DNA of 22,405 bases from Candidatus Thorarchaeota archaeon (GTDB lineage Archaea; Asgardarchaeota; Thorarchaeia; Thorarchaeales; Thorarchaeaceae): positions 1 to 22,405 of the forward strand of contig JBHLQH010000044.1 in assembly GCA_048884965.1 (NCBI GenBank), given 5' to 3'. The notes beneath the pieces are model-generated. The model was given only the letters and a program-made list of their open reading frames with translations, was not told the DNA's origin and did no database searches. Below are positions 1 to 8,429 of this stretch, piece by piece. How positions within the stretch are numbered: the first letter of the stretch is position 1; each line of letters begins with the position of its first letter. Made by a program: the position numbers and the translations under genes.

Positions 1-90
1 GCTTCTTGGTTGTTCTGTGAATTTACAATCAGGATACAAGTAATTTGAATTCCAAACATTCTGAAACAAGAAGTAGAAGGATAATCTCAT
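1..90 (-). CDS. Possible 5' end of a CDS running off the left edge (MRLSFYFLFQNVWNSNYLYPDCKFTEQPRS...)
   Basis: ATG at 90-88 opens a frame with no stop for 30 codons to the window edge, divergent from tdh. Too short to identify. Confidence 0.3.
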   Translation of the reverse strand, partial: MRLSFYFLFQNVWNSNYLYPDCKFTEQPRS

Positions 91-167
91 TCACTTTCGC
101 CGGAACAACTATGCAAAACCCAACTCTTTTAACTGGGATATTTCGCGCTGAGGCCTAGTGGTCGAAA

Positions 168-1121
168 ATGAAACGCATACTTGTAACCGGTAGCTATGGA
201 CAGATTGGTACTGAACTTGTAGGTGCCTTGCGAAAGAAATACGGCGGGGAGAATGTTATCGCAACAGGAAGAAAAAAGCCCCCGGCTATCCTGACGAAAG
301 ATGGACCGTACTTGGCACTAGATATTATGGATAACAACCAGCTACAAACGATGCTAGTTGACCAGGATATAGACATCGTAATTCATAATGCATCACTGCT
401 TTCAGGTACAGGTGAGAAGAATCCACAGCTTGCGTTTGAAACGAATATCATTGGAGCATATAACGTACTTGAGGCTGTTCGAATTCTTAATCTAGACCAA
501 GTCATGATCCCTAGCTCCATTGCAGCCTTTGGTCCTAGCACTCCTAGAGAAAACACTCCAAATGACGTCATAATGCGACCGACCACCGCATATGGTGTTT
601 CCAAAGTATTTATCGAACTTTGGGGAGAGTACTATGTCAAGAGATATGGACTTGACTTTCGCTCTCTTAGATATCCTGGAATCATCAGTTCTGAGGCGTT
701 ACCCGGAGGAGGTACCACTGACTATGCTGTGGAGATCTTCTACGAAGCCCTCAAGAACAAGAGATATACCTCCTTCTTGGATCGTGGTACGTATCTGCCT
801 ATGATGTACATGCCCGATTGTATCAAGTGTACCATGGATCTCATTGAAGCTCCAACAGAGAATCTCATACACCGATGCTATAACATCACCGCTATGTCCT
901 TCGCACCAGAAGAGATTGCTGCTGAGATTAAGAAACATATTCCTGAATTCGAGATCTCTTACGAGCCAGATTTCAGACAACAAATTGCAGAGAGCTGGCC
1001 ATCTTCATTAGATGATAGTGCTGCTCAGAAGGAGTGGGGTTGGAAACCTGACTATGATCTGTCGGCAATGGTAAAAGACATGCTCCAGAAGCTCTCTAAG
1101 AAGCTTGGAGTGAACTACTGA
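168..1121 (+). CDS. tdh: L-threonine 3-dehydrogenase, SDR (NAD-dependent epimerase/dehydratase) type
   Basis: Rossmann TGSYGQIG, SSIAAFGP, catalytic YGVSK, and the PGGGTTDY and PMMYMPD motifs typical of SDR-type threonine dehydrogenases. Confidence 0.88.
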   Translation: MKRILVTGSYGQIGTELVGALRKKYGGENVIATGRKKPPAILTKDGPYLALDIMDNNQLQTMLVDQDIDIVIHNASLLSGTGEKNPQLAFETNIIGAYNVLEAVRILNLDQVMIPSSIAAFGPSTPRENTPNDVIMRPTTAYGVSKVFIELWGEYYVKRYGLDFRSLRYPGIISSEALPGGGTTDYAVEIFYEALKNKRYTSFLDRGTYLPMMYMPDCIKCTMDLIEAPTENLIHRCYNITAMSFAPEEIAAEIKKHIPEFEISYEPDFRQQIAESWPSSLDDSAAQKEWGWKPDYDLSAMVKDMLQKLSKKLGVNY

Positions 1122-1171
1122 GTTCAACTTTTAAGACCTACCAAACATGGAACTCTCAGTAGCAATGAAGT

Positions 1172-1213
1172 AAAAAAAGGGGGACTGATGGCTATATTAC
1201 CATTAGTCCCTTT
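1172..1213 (-). terminator. Hairpin plus oligo-T terminator of the beta-helix gene
   Basis: Minus strand GGGACTAATGG-TAATATAG-CCATCAGTCCC (one mismatch) followed by CC-TTTTTTT, about 20 nt after the stop at 1230, between convergent genes. Confidence 0.7.
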
Positions 1214-1229
1214 GATCCATATTCTGATA

Positions 1230-2795
1230 CTAGAGAAATCTCCAGATTGTCGACTTCATGTTCATGGCGTCCGAGATGATGTCCCCCGGTACCACCCCAG
1301 CGACAGGTGTACTGCCGACCAAGAAATTATCTTGCCCAAAGTCAGCAACCGTTCCCTGTGTATTTCCAACCACCATACAATTGCTTGTATATTCTGACAG
1401 CCAGATATAAGCCATTCCTTCCCAGTATGGTGCATATGGACCACCATCCACCGTCCAACCCTGAAGATTGTTGCCCAAGATCATAACGTCGTGGTCACTG
1501 GGGAAAATCCAATCTTCCCAATCATCAATTCCGATATACATCGCAGCTGGACCACTTCCAGTGATGATGTTGTTCGATATTACTGCGTGATGTGCATTGA
1601 CAGTGAAGATCGGACCATATGGGAATGCACCTTCACTGTGAATCTTGTTGCCTTTAATTGAAAGATCAGCTCGAACTGAATCGTCTATCGTGCTATAGAC
1701 TTCTACAGCGCTGAAGAAACCATATTGCCGCAGAGTGACATCATTGTGATCAAAACTGACATAGCTGTTCTCATGAGGTATGTGAGTAATCGGATTAATA
1801 GCCTCTGCAAAGACACCAAGACCGCCACTATCTATCATAGTATTATGAGAGATGTCCCCAGTACCTCCACTTGTTCCAAAATAAGCTGCACCCCAACCGT
1901 TCATATGTTCGAATAGATTGTATCTGACCACAAAATTCGTTCGATCACAACCATATATGGCAGGACCTGTGTGACAGTATCCGAAATAGCATGATTCTAC
2001 TGTAACTTCTGCATTACTCAGCCCATTAAGCTGGTAGGCATTTCCACCCATACCAGCAAAATCACAGTCTAATGCTGTATGGGTTCCACCATCATCATCA
2101 GACGAGAGGTATCGGCCTGTGACATAGAAACCATGGTTCGGAGATATTGGTTGAAAGTACGTCCCATCATTTGCGCCAACGAAGCTAACTCGCTCAAGAG
2201 TTGTATCACATCCTGCTGCAATATCTAGAATGAAAGCATATCCCATGTTATAACCGAATTCTTCGCCTATCAGGAATACAATTTCCCCTGTGACCTCATC
2301 AGCAATGTATGAGTATTCAGTAATATCTTCCTCATCCATTACCAAAGAGAGATCGGATATGGACACACTATCAGTACAATCGCTGAAGTAAGCTAGTGTA
2401 GGTGTAATAAACAGACATCCTGCTGGAACCATGAATTCCTCCCAGCCTGCCCAGGCATCAATCTCGAGTGCTTGAAACAAGTCCCCATATGTTGATTTGG
2501 ATGCAATGATTTTGGTCAGATCCTGACCAACTCCTTTTAAGGTTCCGGAGAAACCTTCCTTCACCAAGGGCCGATGAATGTAATAGCTACCTGCTGCGAA
2601 TTGCACTGTGTCACCGGGCATCGCCGCATCTAGTGTTGCTTGGATATTATACCAGTCCGTTTCTGGAATCCCTGTTGGATTCGGGACAAATATCGTATCA
2701 TCTGCTGCAACCTGCGCTGTGAACACCCCAAACATCGAAACGATGATGGTAATGCTAAGTGCAAGAGCAAGCATCGATGAGTTTCTAATTTTCAT
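1230..2795 (-). CDS. Secreted right-handed parallel beta-helix (pectin lyase-like/NosD-type) protein
   Basis: Signal peptide (MKIRNSSMLALALSITIIVSMFGVFTAQVAA), cap motif NIQATLDAAMPGDTVQFAAGSY, and repeated I/V-x-x-N-x-I/F strands (ISHNTM, IKGNKI, ISNNII, ILGNNL). Start moved to ATG 2795 because a GAGGAGG SD precedes it. Confidence 0.8.
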   Translation of the reverse strand: MKIRNSSMLALALSITIIVSMFGVFTAQVAADDTIFVPNPTGIPETDWYNIQATLDAAMPGDTVQFAAGSYYIHRPLVKEGFSGTLKGVGQDLTKIIASKSTYGDLFQALEIDAWAGWEEFMVPAGCLFITPTLAYFSDCTDSVSISDLSLVMDEEDITEYSYIADEVTGEIVFLIGEEFGYNMGYAFILDIAAGCDTTLERVSFVGANDGTYFQPISPNHGFYVTGRYLSSDDDGGTHTALDCDFAGMGGNAYQLNGLSNAEVTVESCYFGYCHTGPAIYGCDRTNFVVRYNLFEHMNGWGAAYFGTSGGTGDISHNTMIDSGGLGVFAEAINPITHIPHENSYVSFDHNDVTLRQYGFFSAVEVYSTIDDSVRADLSIKGNKIHSEGAFPYGPIFTVNAHHAVISNNIITGSGPAAMYIGIDDWEDWIFPSDHDVMILGNNLQGWTVDGGPYAPYWEGMAYIWLSEYTSNCMVVGNTQGTVADFGQDNFLVGSTPVAGVVPGDIISDAMNMKSTIWRFL

Positions 2796-3052
2796 ATTTT
2801 CGCCTCCTCGCAATTACGAAAGAAATCCATGACAGGTTATGCATACTCGGTTCCATTTCGTCAATATAGAGAATCGAGAGGTTTATTCATGTCATTACAT
2901 TTCGTAATTATATGGAATATTATTACATGTCATATTATTAAGTATTTGTATTGATTGCGCATTACTTTCGGACACTCATATCAACATAAATCCTGAATGA
3001 TGAAAGAAGTGATTAGGAAGAAATTCAGAATATTATCGGAGGAGATTTTCCA

Positions 3053-4147
3053 ATGGCAAGCAAGAAAACAGGTATTGGTGTGATCGTAGTTATTATCATT
3101 CTATTGCTTGGATTCCTATATTTGCCTGGTTTGCACCTCAATAATCCTACAAATCTGCCGCATCAGATGCATGGACAGCTTACTGGTCAAGAGGCCATAG
3201 CTGATTCAACACTCTATGATGTTGGTGGGACCGATTTAGGAATCATTGTCAAACATGGTACTGAATTCCTCTTCTTCTTCGGAGACACATTCTCAACACC
3301 ATACCTGTCAGGAAACTGGCGAAGTAACACAATGGCGAAGTCTAGTGACACATATCCCTCAGATGGAATCACTTTGGATGAATGGATAGTAAACCCAACA
3401 ACGGGATTAGCAAAGGAACTAATCTCTAGTTTGAAGATTGACTTTGAGGAAGTGACCTGTATCCCAACGACTGCTGTAAGCATAGATGGTACTCTTTATG
3501 TTTACTATATGTCAGTCATTCATTGGTCTGAAATAGGCGGGATTTGGACGTGCAATAATGCTTCAATCGCGGTATCAACTGATAATGGACAAAGCTTCTC
3601 TAAGATAGACAATATCTCTTGGACTGGTGATAGTAACTTCATCTTGTTCAGTATTGTGCAACCATATGATGGCTTGGATGATTATCTATATCTTCTAAGT
3701 ACACCAGCAGGTCGATTTGGGTCATGCTACCTCAGCAGGGTCAATCCATCAAGCATCCTCAATATCACAGAATATAGATACTTCTCAGGTTTATCACCAT
3801 CAGAAGAACCCACATGGAGTAGCGCTCCAAATGATGCGTCCCCGATATTTCCTTCTCCAGTAGGAGAGGTTTCGATTATGTGGAATGAGTACCTAGAGAA
3901 GTGGACGGTATTCTATACAGACAATGAAGAATTCTCAATCGTACTGAGGACAGCAGATAGTCTCTGGGGGATATGGAGTGATCCGATAGCAATCGTAGAT
4001 GCTGACGAATTTCCATCTTTGTACGGATCGTATACACATCCAGATCTCGTAGAGAATAATGGTGAAATTGTGTATTTCATCATGAGTATATTCAATCAAT
4101 ACAATACATTCGTAATGTCAGTAGACCTTAGCTCGCTACACTCGTAG
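3053..4147 (+). CDS. DUF4185-domain protein (GH183-like beta-propeller glycosidase), N-terminal anchor or signal
   Basis: GTDLGI, FFGDTF, WRSN, GEVS and LYGSYTHP motifs, an Asp-box-like STDNGQSF, a hydrophobic N-terminus and a GGAGGAG SD. Confidence 0.82.
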   Translation: MASKKTGIGVIVVIIILLLGFLYLPGLHLNNPTNLPHQMHGQLTGQEAIADSTLYDVGGTDLGIIVKHGTEFLFFFGDTFSTPYLSGNWRSNTMAKSSDTYPSDGITLDEWIVNPTTGLAKELISSLKIDFEEVTCIPTTAVSIDGTLYVYYMSVIHWSEIGGIWTCNNASIAVSTDNGQSFSKIDNISWTGDSNFILFSIVQPYDGLDDYLYLLSTPAGRFGSCYLSRVNPSSILNITEYRYFSGLSPSEEPTWSSAPNDASPIFPSPVGEVSIMWNEYLEKWTVFYTDNEEFSIVLRTADSLWGIWSDPIAIVDADEFPSLYGSYTHPDLVENNGEIVYFIMSIFNQYNTFVMSVDLSSLHS

Positions 4148-4224
4148 AGACCATAAATTTCCCTCCGCTCTCACCGATGCCTTTATTTCACTCGTAATGT
4201 GGTCATGCGTCATTTGGTGATCTG

Positions 4225-5196
4225 ATGTTTGATAGAAGAGTCTTCTTTGCCGCTCTCCTCATCCTATTGACCGCAATAGCTTCTAGCTTGCTTCTGTCAT
4301 TCTCCGCACAAAGAGGAATGGGTGAGCTGCGCATTGATAATCTATCAATAGAGAGTCAAACCGGATCAAATGTGTCAATAGTGGTCTATGACCAGTACTA
4401 TTCGACTTACGACGCACGCAAACCTATTGTTATATCTCTTCATGGACCTCAAAGATCTGTTTCTAGTCTATATGCCTTCAACATCGAGCTAGCACGTAGG
4501 AATATCACTGTTATATCAGTAGAGATAGAGAATCTATCAAATATAGTCACAACGATGGATGAAGATGCTTTGAATGAAACAGGATTCAGATGTGCAGAGG
4601 CAGTCGACTATATCCGTACGAACTATAATGTGGATGACTCCATCTATGGAATTGTTACCCATGCTGAGGGATTTCAGGTAGCTTTGAGAATGATGAACTT
4701 CACTGGAACGCCTGATGCATTTATGGCTATAGGGGACATTGGATCCACCGATTCAAGTCTTTTTGATTCGATCACGGGCAACTTTCTCATGGCAATCGGA
4801 GATGCGAATAATGCTATCTCCGTAGAGACTGGTCGAACCATCGTGGAATCACTCTCAGGAATCTCGAATCTTCAGACAGGAGAAACATACGGATCCTTTG
4901 AATATGATAATGCCTTCAGATTGATTACGGGGGTTGCGAATCAAGATACGGAGATCATCAATGCTGAATTCGTTAAGGAAGGCTGTAATTGGATGATCAG
5001 AGGCCTCCAAGGTGATGATCAGGTAGACCGCACATTGGATGTGAATCAGCAGATCTTTCAGTATCAGATTTATTCGGATTGGATAATAGGATTCTCAATA
5101 ATTGGCTCTGTCATAAGTGGAGTCCTCTTTCTTTCAAACTTGGCATATCGAGGATTCAAATCGAAGGATGTCAATCCTCATATCGATGGAAGCTAA
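4225..5196 (+). CDS. Membrane-anchored alpha/beta-hydrolase-fold protein, probably catalytically inactive
   Basis: N- and C-terminal hydrophobic helices; KPIVISLHG and ELARRNITVISVE fold motifs; the nucleophile elbow reads GIVTHAEG rather than GHSxG. Confidence 0.65.
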   Translation: MFDRRVFFAALLILLTAIASSLLLSFSAQRGMGELRIDNLSIESQTGSNVSIVVYDQYYSTYDARKPIVISLHGPQRSVSSLYAFNIELARRNITVISVEIENLSNIVTTMDEDALNETGFRCAEAVDYIRTNYNVDDSIYGIVTHAEGFQVALRMMNFTGTPDAFMAIGDIGSTDSSLFDSITGNFLMAIGDANNAISVETGRTIVESLSGISNLQTGETYGSFEYDNAFRLITGVANQDTEIINAEFVKEGCNWMIRGLQGDDQVDRTLDVNQQIFQYQIYSDWIIGFSIIGSVISGVLFLSNLAYRGFKSKDVNPHIDGS

Positions 5197-6406
5197 ATCC
5201 AGCTTCACCCAACATACTTAGGAGTTTATCCACTGCATCTTCATCAGGAACCTCAAGAATCATTGTAAGATCTGTCTTGTTTGGAAGGATGTCAGGATCA
5301 CTTCTATCTTGGTCGAGCTCAATTACACTTACGCCTGATTCTGCAACAATTCCTATTACTCGCGTGAGTGTTCCAACTCGATCCGATATCGTCCCCTTTA
5401 GCCGTACAGAACGTCCCAATCGATAGAGTTCTTTCTCAACGACTCGAGCCATGAAGCTCATATCGATATTCCCACCCGAAAGAACTGCCACTGCCGTTTT
5501 TCCGGCTACGTCAATATGACCGTTCTGAAATGCGGAAAGACCAACACACCCTGCGGGTTCAACAACTATCTTAGCTCTTTCTAGTAAGAGGAAGAGCGTT
5601 CTAGTTACCTCAAGATCACTCACAGTGACAGCCCGTGTCAGCAATCGCTTTGCTATATTGAAGGTCTTGTCACCAACTGTTTTCACCGCAATTCCATCAC
5701 AGACAGTATCCAGATTCTGAACAGTTGTGATCCTTCCGTTCATAAGTGAATTATACAACGAAGCAGCGGTTTCAGCCTCAACACCATAGATGTCAACATC
5801 AGGTTTTTGCTCCTTAATAGCAACGGCAATCCCTGTTGAGAGACCTCCACCACCTACAGGAACTGCTACCACCTCGACCTCGGGAAGCTCATCGAGTATC
5901 TCTAGTCCGATTGTTCCCTGACCGGCGATTACATCTTCATCATTAAATGGATGAAGAAAAGTAGCGCCAGTTTTCTCAGCGGTTTCCAGTGCATGAGCAA
6001 GGGCATCATCGAAAGAGGTACCATACAAAACGACATCAGCTCCATAGCTCTTCGTCGCGTGAATCTTTGCGATAGGGGAGAAGATTGGCATGACAATGGT
6101 CGATTTCAAACCTAGTCGTGATGCGGCATAGGCGACCCCTTGAGCATGATTTCCTGCTGATGCTGCAATAACACCAGCTTCTTTCTCCTTCTCAGTCAAT
6201 TGAGACATTGCATATGCAGCTCCTCTCACCTTGAATGATCCAGTCTTTTGGAGATTCTCAAGTTTGAGATAGATGTTTCCACCACAGAGTCTGGAAAAGG
6301 TAGATGAATGATCCAAACGCGTCTGATGAGCGATACCATTAAGCAATGATCGAGCTTCTATGATTTTCTCAAAGATGTATGTAAACTCTGTCAAATTATC
6401 CGCCAA
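5171..6406 (-). CDS. ilvA: Threonine ammonia-lyase (dehydratase) with a single C-terminal ACT domain
   Basis: PLP-lysine motif LKLENLQKTGSFKVRGA, SAGNHAQG, PVGGGGL, SGGNID and an ACT domain (ISDRVGTL). TTG start with TTATAG about 25 nt upstream, so likely leaderless. Confidence 0.93.
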   Translation of the reverse strand: MADNLTEFTYIFEKIIEARSLLNGIAHQTRLDHSSTFSRLCGGNIYLKLENLQKTGSFKVRGAAYAMSQLTEKEKEAGVIAASAGNHAQGVAYAASRLGLKSTIVMPIFSPIAKIHATKSYGADVVLYGTSFDDALAHALETAEKTGATFLHPFNDEDVIAGQGTIGLEILDELPEVEVVAVPVGGGGLSTGIAVAIKEQKPDVDIYGVEAETAASLYNSLMNGRITTVQNLDTVCDGIAVKTVGDKTFNIAKRLLTRAVTVSDLEVTRTLFLLLERAKIVVEPAGCVGLSAFQNGHIDVAGKTAVAVLSGGNIDMSFMARVVEKELYRLGRSVRLKGTISDRVGTLTRVIGIVAESGVSVIELDQDRSDPDILPNKTDLTMILEVPDEDAVDKLLSMLGEAGFSFHRYED

Positions 6407-6438
6407 TCGAATGGAAGCAAAAGAGTCTATAACGGTTC

Positions 6439-6534
6439 CTAAGACATGGTCTGAAGAAGAGTCATCAAAAAGAATAGCACCCCTACAATTAGGAATACTA
6501 CTGCTACAAAGAATCTCACTATCTTTGGGCTCAT
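6439..6534 (-). CDS. Unannotated 31-aa single-pass membrane micropeptide (MSPKIVRFFVAVVFLIVGVLFFLMTLLQTMS)
   Basis: Translated by hand: basic N-terminus followed by about 20 uninterrupted apolar residues. In-frame upstream ATGs at 6543 and 6558. Below the ORF-track size cutoff. Confidence 0.55.
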   Translation of the reverse strand: MSPKIVRFFVAVVFLIVGVLFFLMTLLQTMS

Positions 6535-6578
6535 AAGAAACATGTTGAAAGGAGTCATATGAAGATACTGGTTCACAG

Positions 6579-6659
6579 AAAAAAGTGCGAGCCGCAGTTT
6601 ACGGAGATCACGGGTAGAGAAGTAAAGTGCGAGAAGTAACTCTCACATCCTGCGGCTCC
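6579..6659 (-). ncRNA. Candidate structured small RNA of about 75-80 nt
   Basis: Perfect 9-bp terminal stem GAGCCGCAG/CUGCGGCUC. Inner hairpin UGUGAGAG-UUAC-UUCUCGCA whose two G-U pairs form only on the minus strand. 3' U6 tract, and a TATA box about 25 nt upstream. Confidence 0.55.
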
Positions 6660-6678
6660 TTGAATACTCTGTAACTTA

Positions 6679-6700
6679 TTATAAAAAGGCCTTTACTTTC
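6679..6700 (-). promoter_or_regulatory. BRE/TATA promoter of the candidate small RNA
   Basis: Minus strand GAAAGTAAAGGCC-TTTTTATAA, with the TATA centred about 25 nt before the first stem base (6658/6659). Confidence 0.55.
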
Positions 6701-6773
6701 AAAGCAAATCTAACCAAATCCGGTTATAGCTAATGAGGATAGCTTGCGGGAGTAGCCTGAATTTCCGGACGCT

Positions 6774-7916
6774 CTATACCTGCCGAAATTCTATATTCAA
6801 ACCTCGTTCCTGTAATGCTTCAATGAAGGGTTGGGGTGGTATGGAACGTTCTGGAGGAAGAACACCTCTTTCTGTGATAGTTCCATCAGCCATCATTATT
6901 GCAGTAACTGATGCAGGAAAGGATGTCGTACGCATCATGGACGTCAGTCCACTCTCCTCATCAAAGTAGTCAATCATCTCATACACAATCTGTCGCGATT
7001 CTGTACCTTTCCATCCGGATACAGTTACTCGGACTAAGGTGGCATCCTTTCCCGATTCGGGCAGATTCCTCTCTAAAAGACGTTCCAGCACTTTTCTGGG
7101 TGCAATCTTGACACCATCGAAATCCTGCTCCTCGCTATCCATGAGACCTAATTTCATAAGACACCACATCTTATGTCCATGTCCAGGATATCTAAGCGTC
7201 TTGTAATCCAGATTATTCACTTTCCCTTCGTAGGTCAGAGGTAAGGTTGAGGTTCCGCCACTTGTGTTGAATGCCTCAAGAGTTCCGAAGGGCTGTGGAA
7301 AATCTACCTGTTCAAATCCAATGAGTGGGTCCTCATAGACGATCTTACCGTCCCGTAATGCCATACAAGGTTCGATGTACTCATTAATCAAGCCTTCCAC
7401 AGCAAAAATCAAGGCATAGTTTAGAGGAGGCCGTGGTTCTTGTTGTAAACCGCCTACACGTATTCTCACATCTTCGGCACTATTCATCATATCAATACCC
7501 GCTCTTGCCAACACACTGACCATTCCAGGAGCTAATCCGCAATCAGGGACTATGGTAACTCCTGCAGCCCTCGCCTTCTCGTGCAAGGCTAGTTGATCCC
7601 GTACCACATTGAGATTCCCACCTAGGTCACACATATGGGTACCAGTTTCTATGGCGACTTCCGTATGAAGCAAATTGACTGTATAGCTAACACAACTAAC
7701 GACAGAATCCACCTCTGAGAATACTGCCTTTAGCTGCTCTCGATCTTTTGCATCGACTTTCCTATGGATAGCCTTCTCACCCATATCATCAGCTAGTTTC
7801 TTTGCCATTGCCTCATTTATATCTGCACAGATTACCTGCTCAACACTATCAGTCCGAACTAAATCATATGCAGCGCCTTTTCCCATTTGACCAGAACCGA
7901 GTACCAGTACTTTCAA
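6774..7916 (-). CDS. Saccharopine dehydrogenase family / lysine 6-dehydrogenase-like oxidoreductase
   Basis: VLVLGSGQMG, DLGG, DCGLAPG, VGGL, EGLINEY, EAFNTSGG, YKTLRYPGH and MMRTT motifs. Likely start is TTG 7916 (MKVLVLG) after GGAG. Confidence 0.87.
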   Translation of the reverse strand: MKVLVLGSGQMGKGAAYDLVRTDSVEQVICADINEAMAKKLADDMGEKAIHRKVDAKDREQLKAVFSEVDSVVSCVSYTVNLLHTEVAIETGTHMCDLGGNLNVVRDQLALHEKARAAGVTIVPDCGLAPGMVSVLARAGIDMMNSAEDVRIRVGGLQQEPRPPLNYALIFAVEGLINEYIEPCMALRDGKIVYEDPLIGFEQVDFPQPFGTLEAFNTSGGTSTLPLTYEGKVNNLDYKTLRYPGHGHKMWCLMKLGLMDSEEQDFDGVKIAPRKVLERLLERNLPESGKDATLVRVTVSGWKGTESRQIVYEMIDYFDEESGLTSMMRTTSFPASVTAIMMADGTITERGVLPPERSIPPQPFIEALQERGLNIEFRQV

Positions 7917-8021
7917 GCTATTCTCTCCACACAGCAATGAGAACATAATGGGTACGGCAGGTAAAAATTGTATCGTATATCGCTATAAGGTACACTCTAT
8001 GTGGAGAATAGATACATTTTC

Positions 8022-8264
8022 CTATAATGCCTTCAGAAAATCAAAAATTTGATACTCCCATGCTTGACTTGTAAGGATGACCTCGTTTTGAAATCCTTTC
8101 GGGATAACCTGTATCGTGATTCGATTCTTTTCATCTCTGAACTCCGCACAGCACTCGGGAATATACTCGGATACATTCAATCCAAAATGGCCATTGAAGT
8201 ATGCAACCGCAAGATCGATTATGTCAGGTATGCCTTTGCTAGTTTCTATTGACATGACTCTCAT
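8022..8264 (-). CDS. Small hypothetical protein (80 aa)
   Basis: Clean ORF co-oriented with the dehydrogenase, plausible alpha/beta pattern (YF..HFGL, WEYQIFDFL). Function unknown. Confidence 0.6.
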   Translation of the reverse strand: MRVMSIETSKGIPDIIDLAVAYFNGHFGLNVSEYIPECCAEFRDEKNRITIQVIPKGFQNEVILTSQAWEYQIFDFLKAL

Positions 8265-8429
8265 TTGATTTCACTATCGTTAATATTCTTTAGATGTTCG
8301 TTTAATTTAATATAAGGATTCAGGTATATCTAATTCATTTCATACACAGAAGAAAAAATGGGGTAGTTCTCGAAGGAGTAATAAAGCCAAGTTGATAACT
8401 GTCCCTAGCCATATGGTTAGGAGATCGAT

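Noticed and set aside
5171-5196. 26-bp convergent overlap, and the shared TTAA stops at 11075-11078
   Set aside because: Ordinary in compact archaeal genomes.
6585-6659. tRNA, C/D or H/ACA identity for the structured RNA
   Set aside because: No cloverleaf or TTC T-loop, no RUGAUGA/CUGA pair, and the 3' tail is GCAC rather than ACA.
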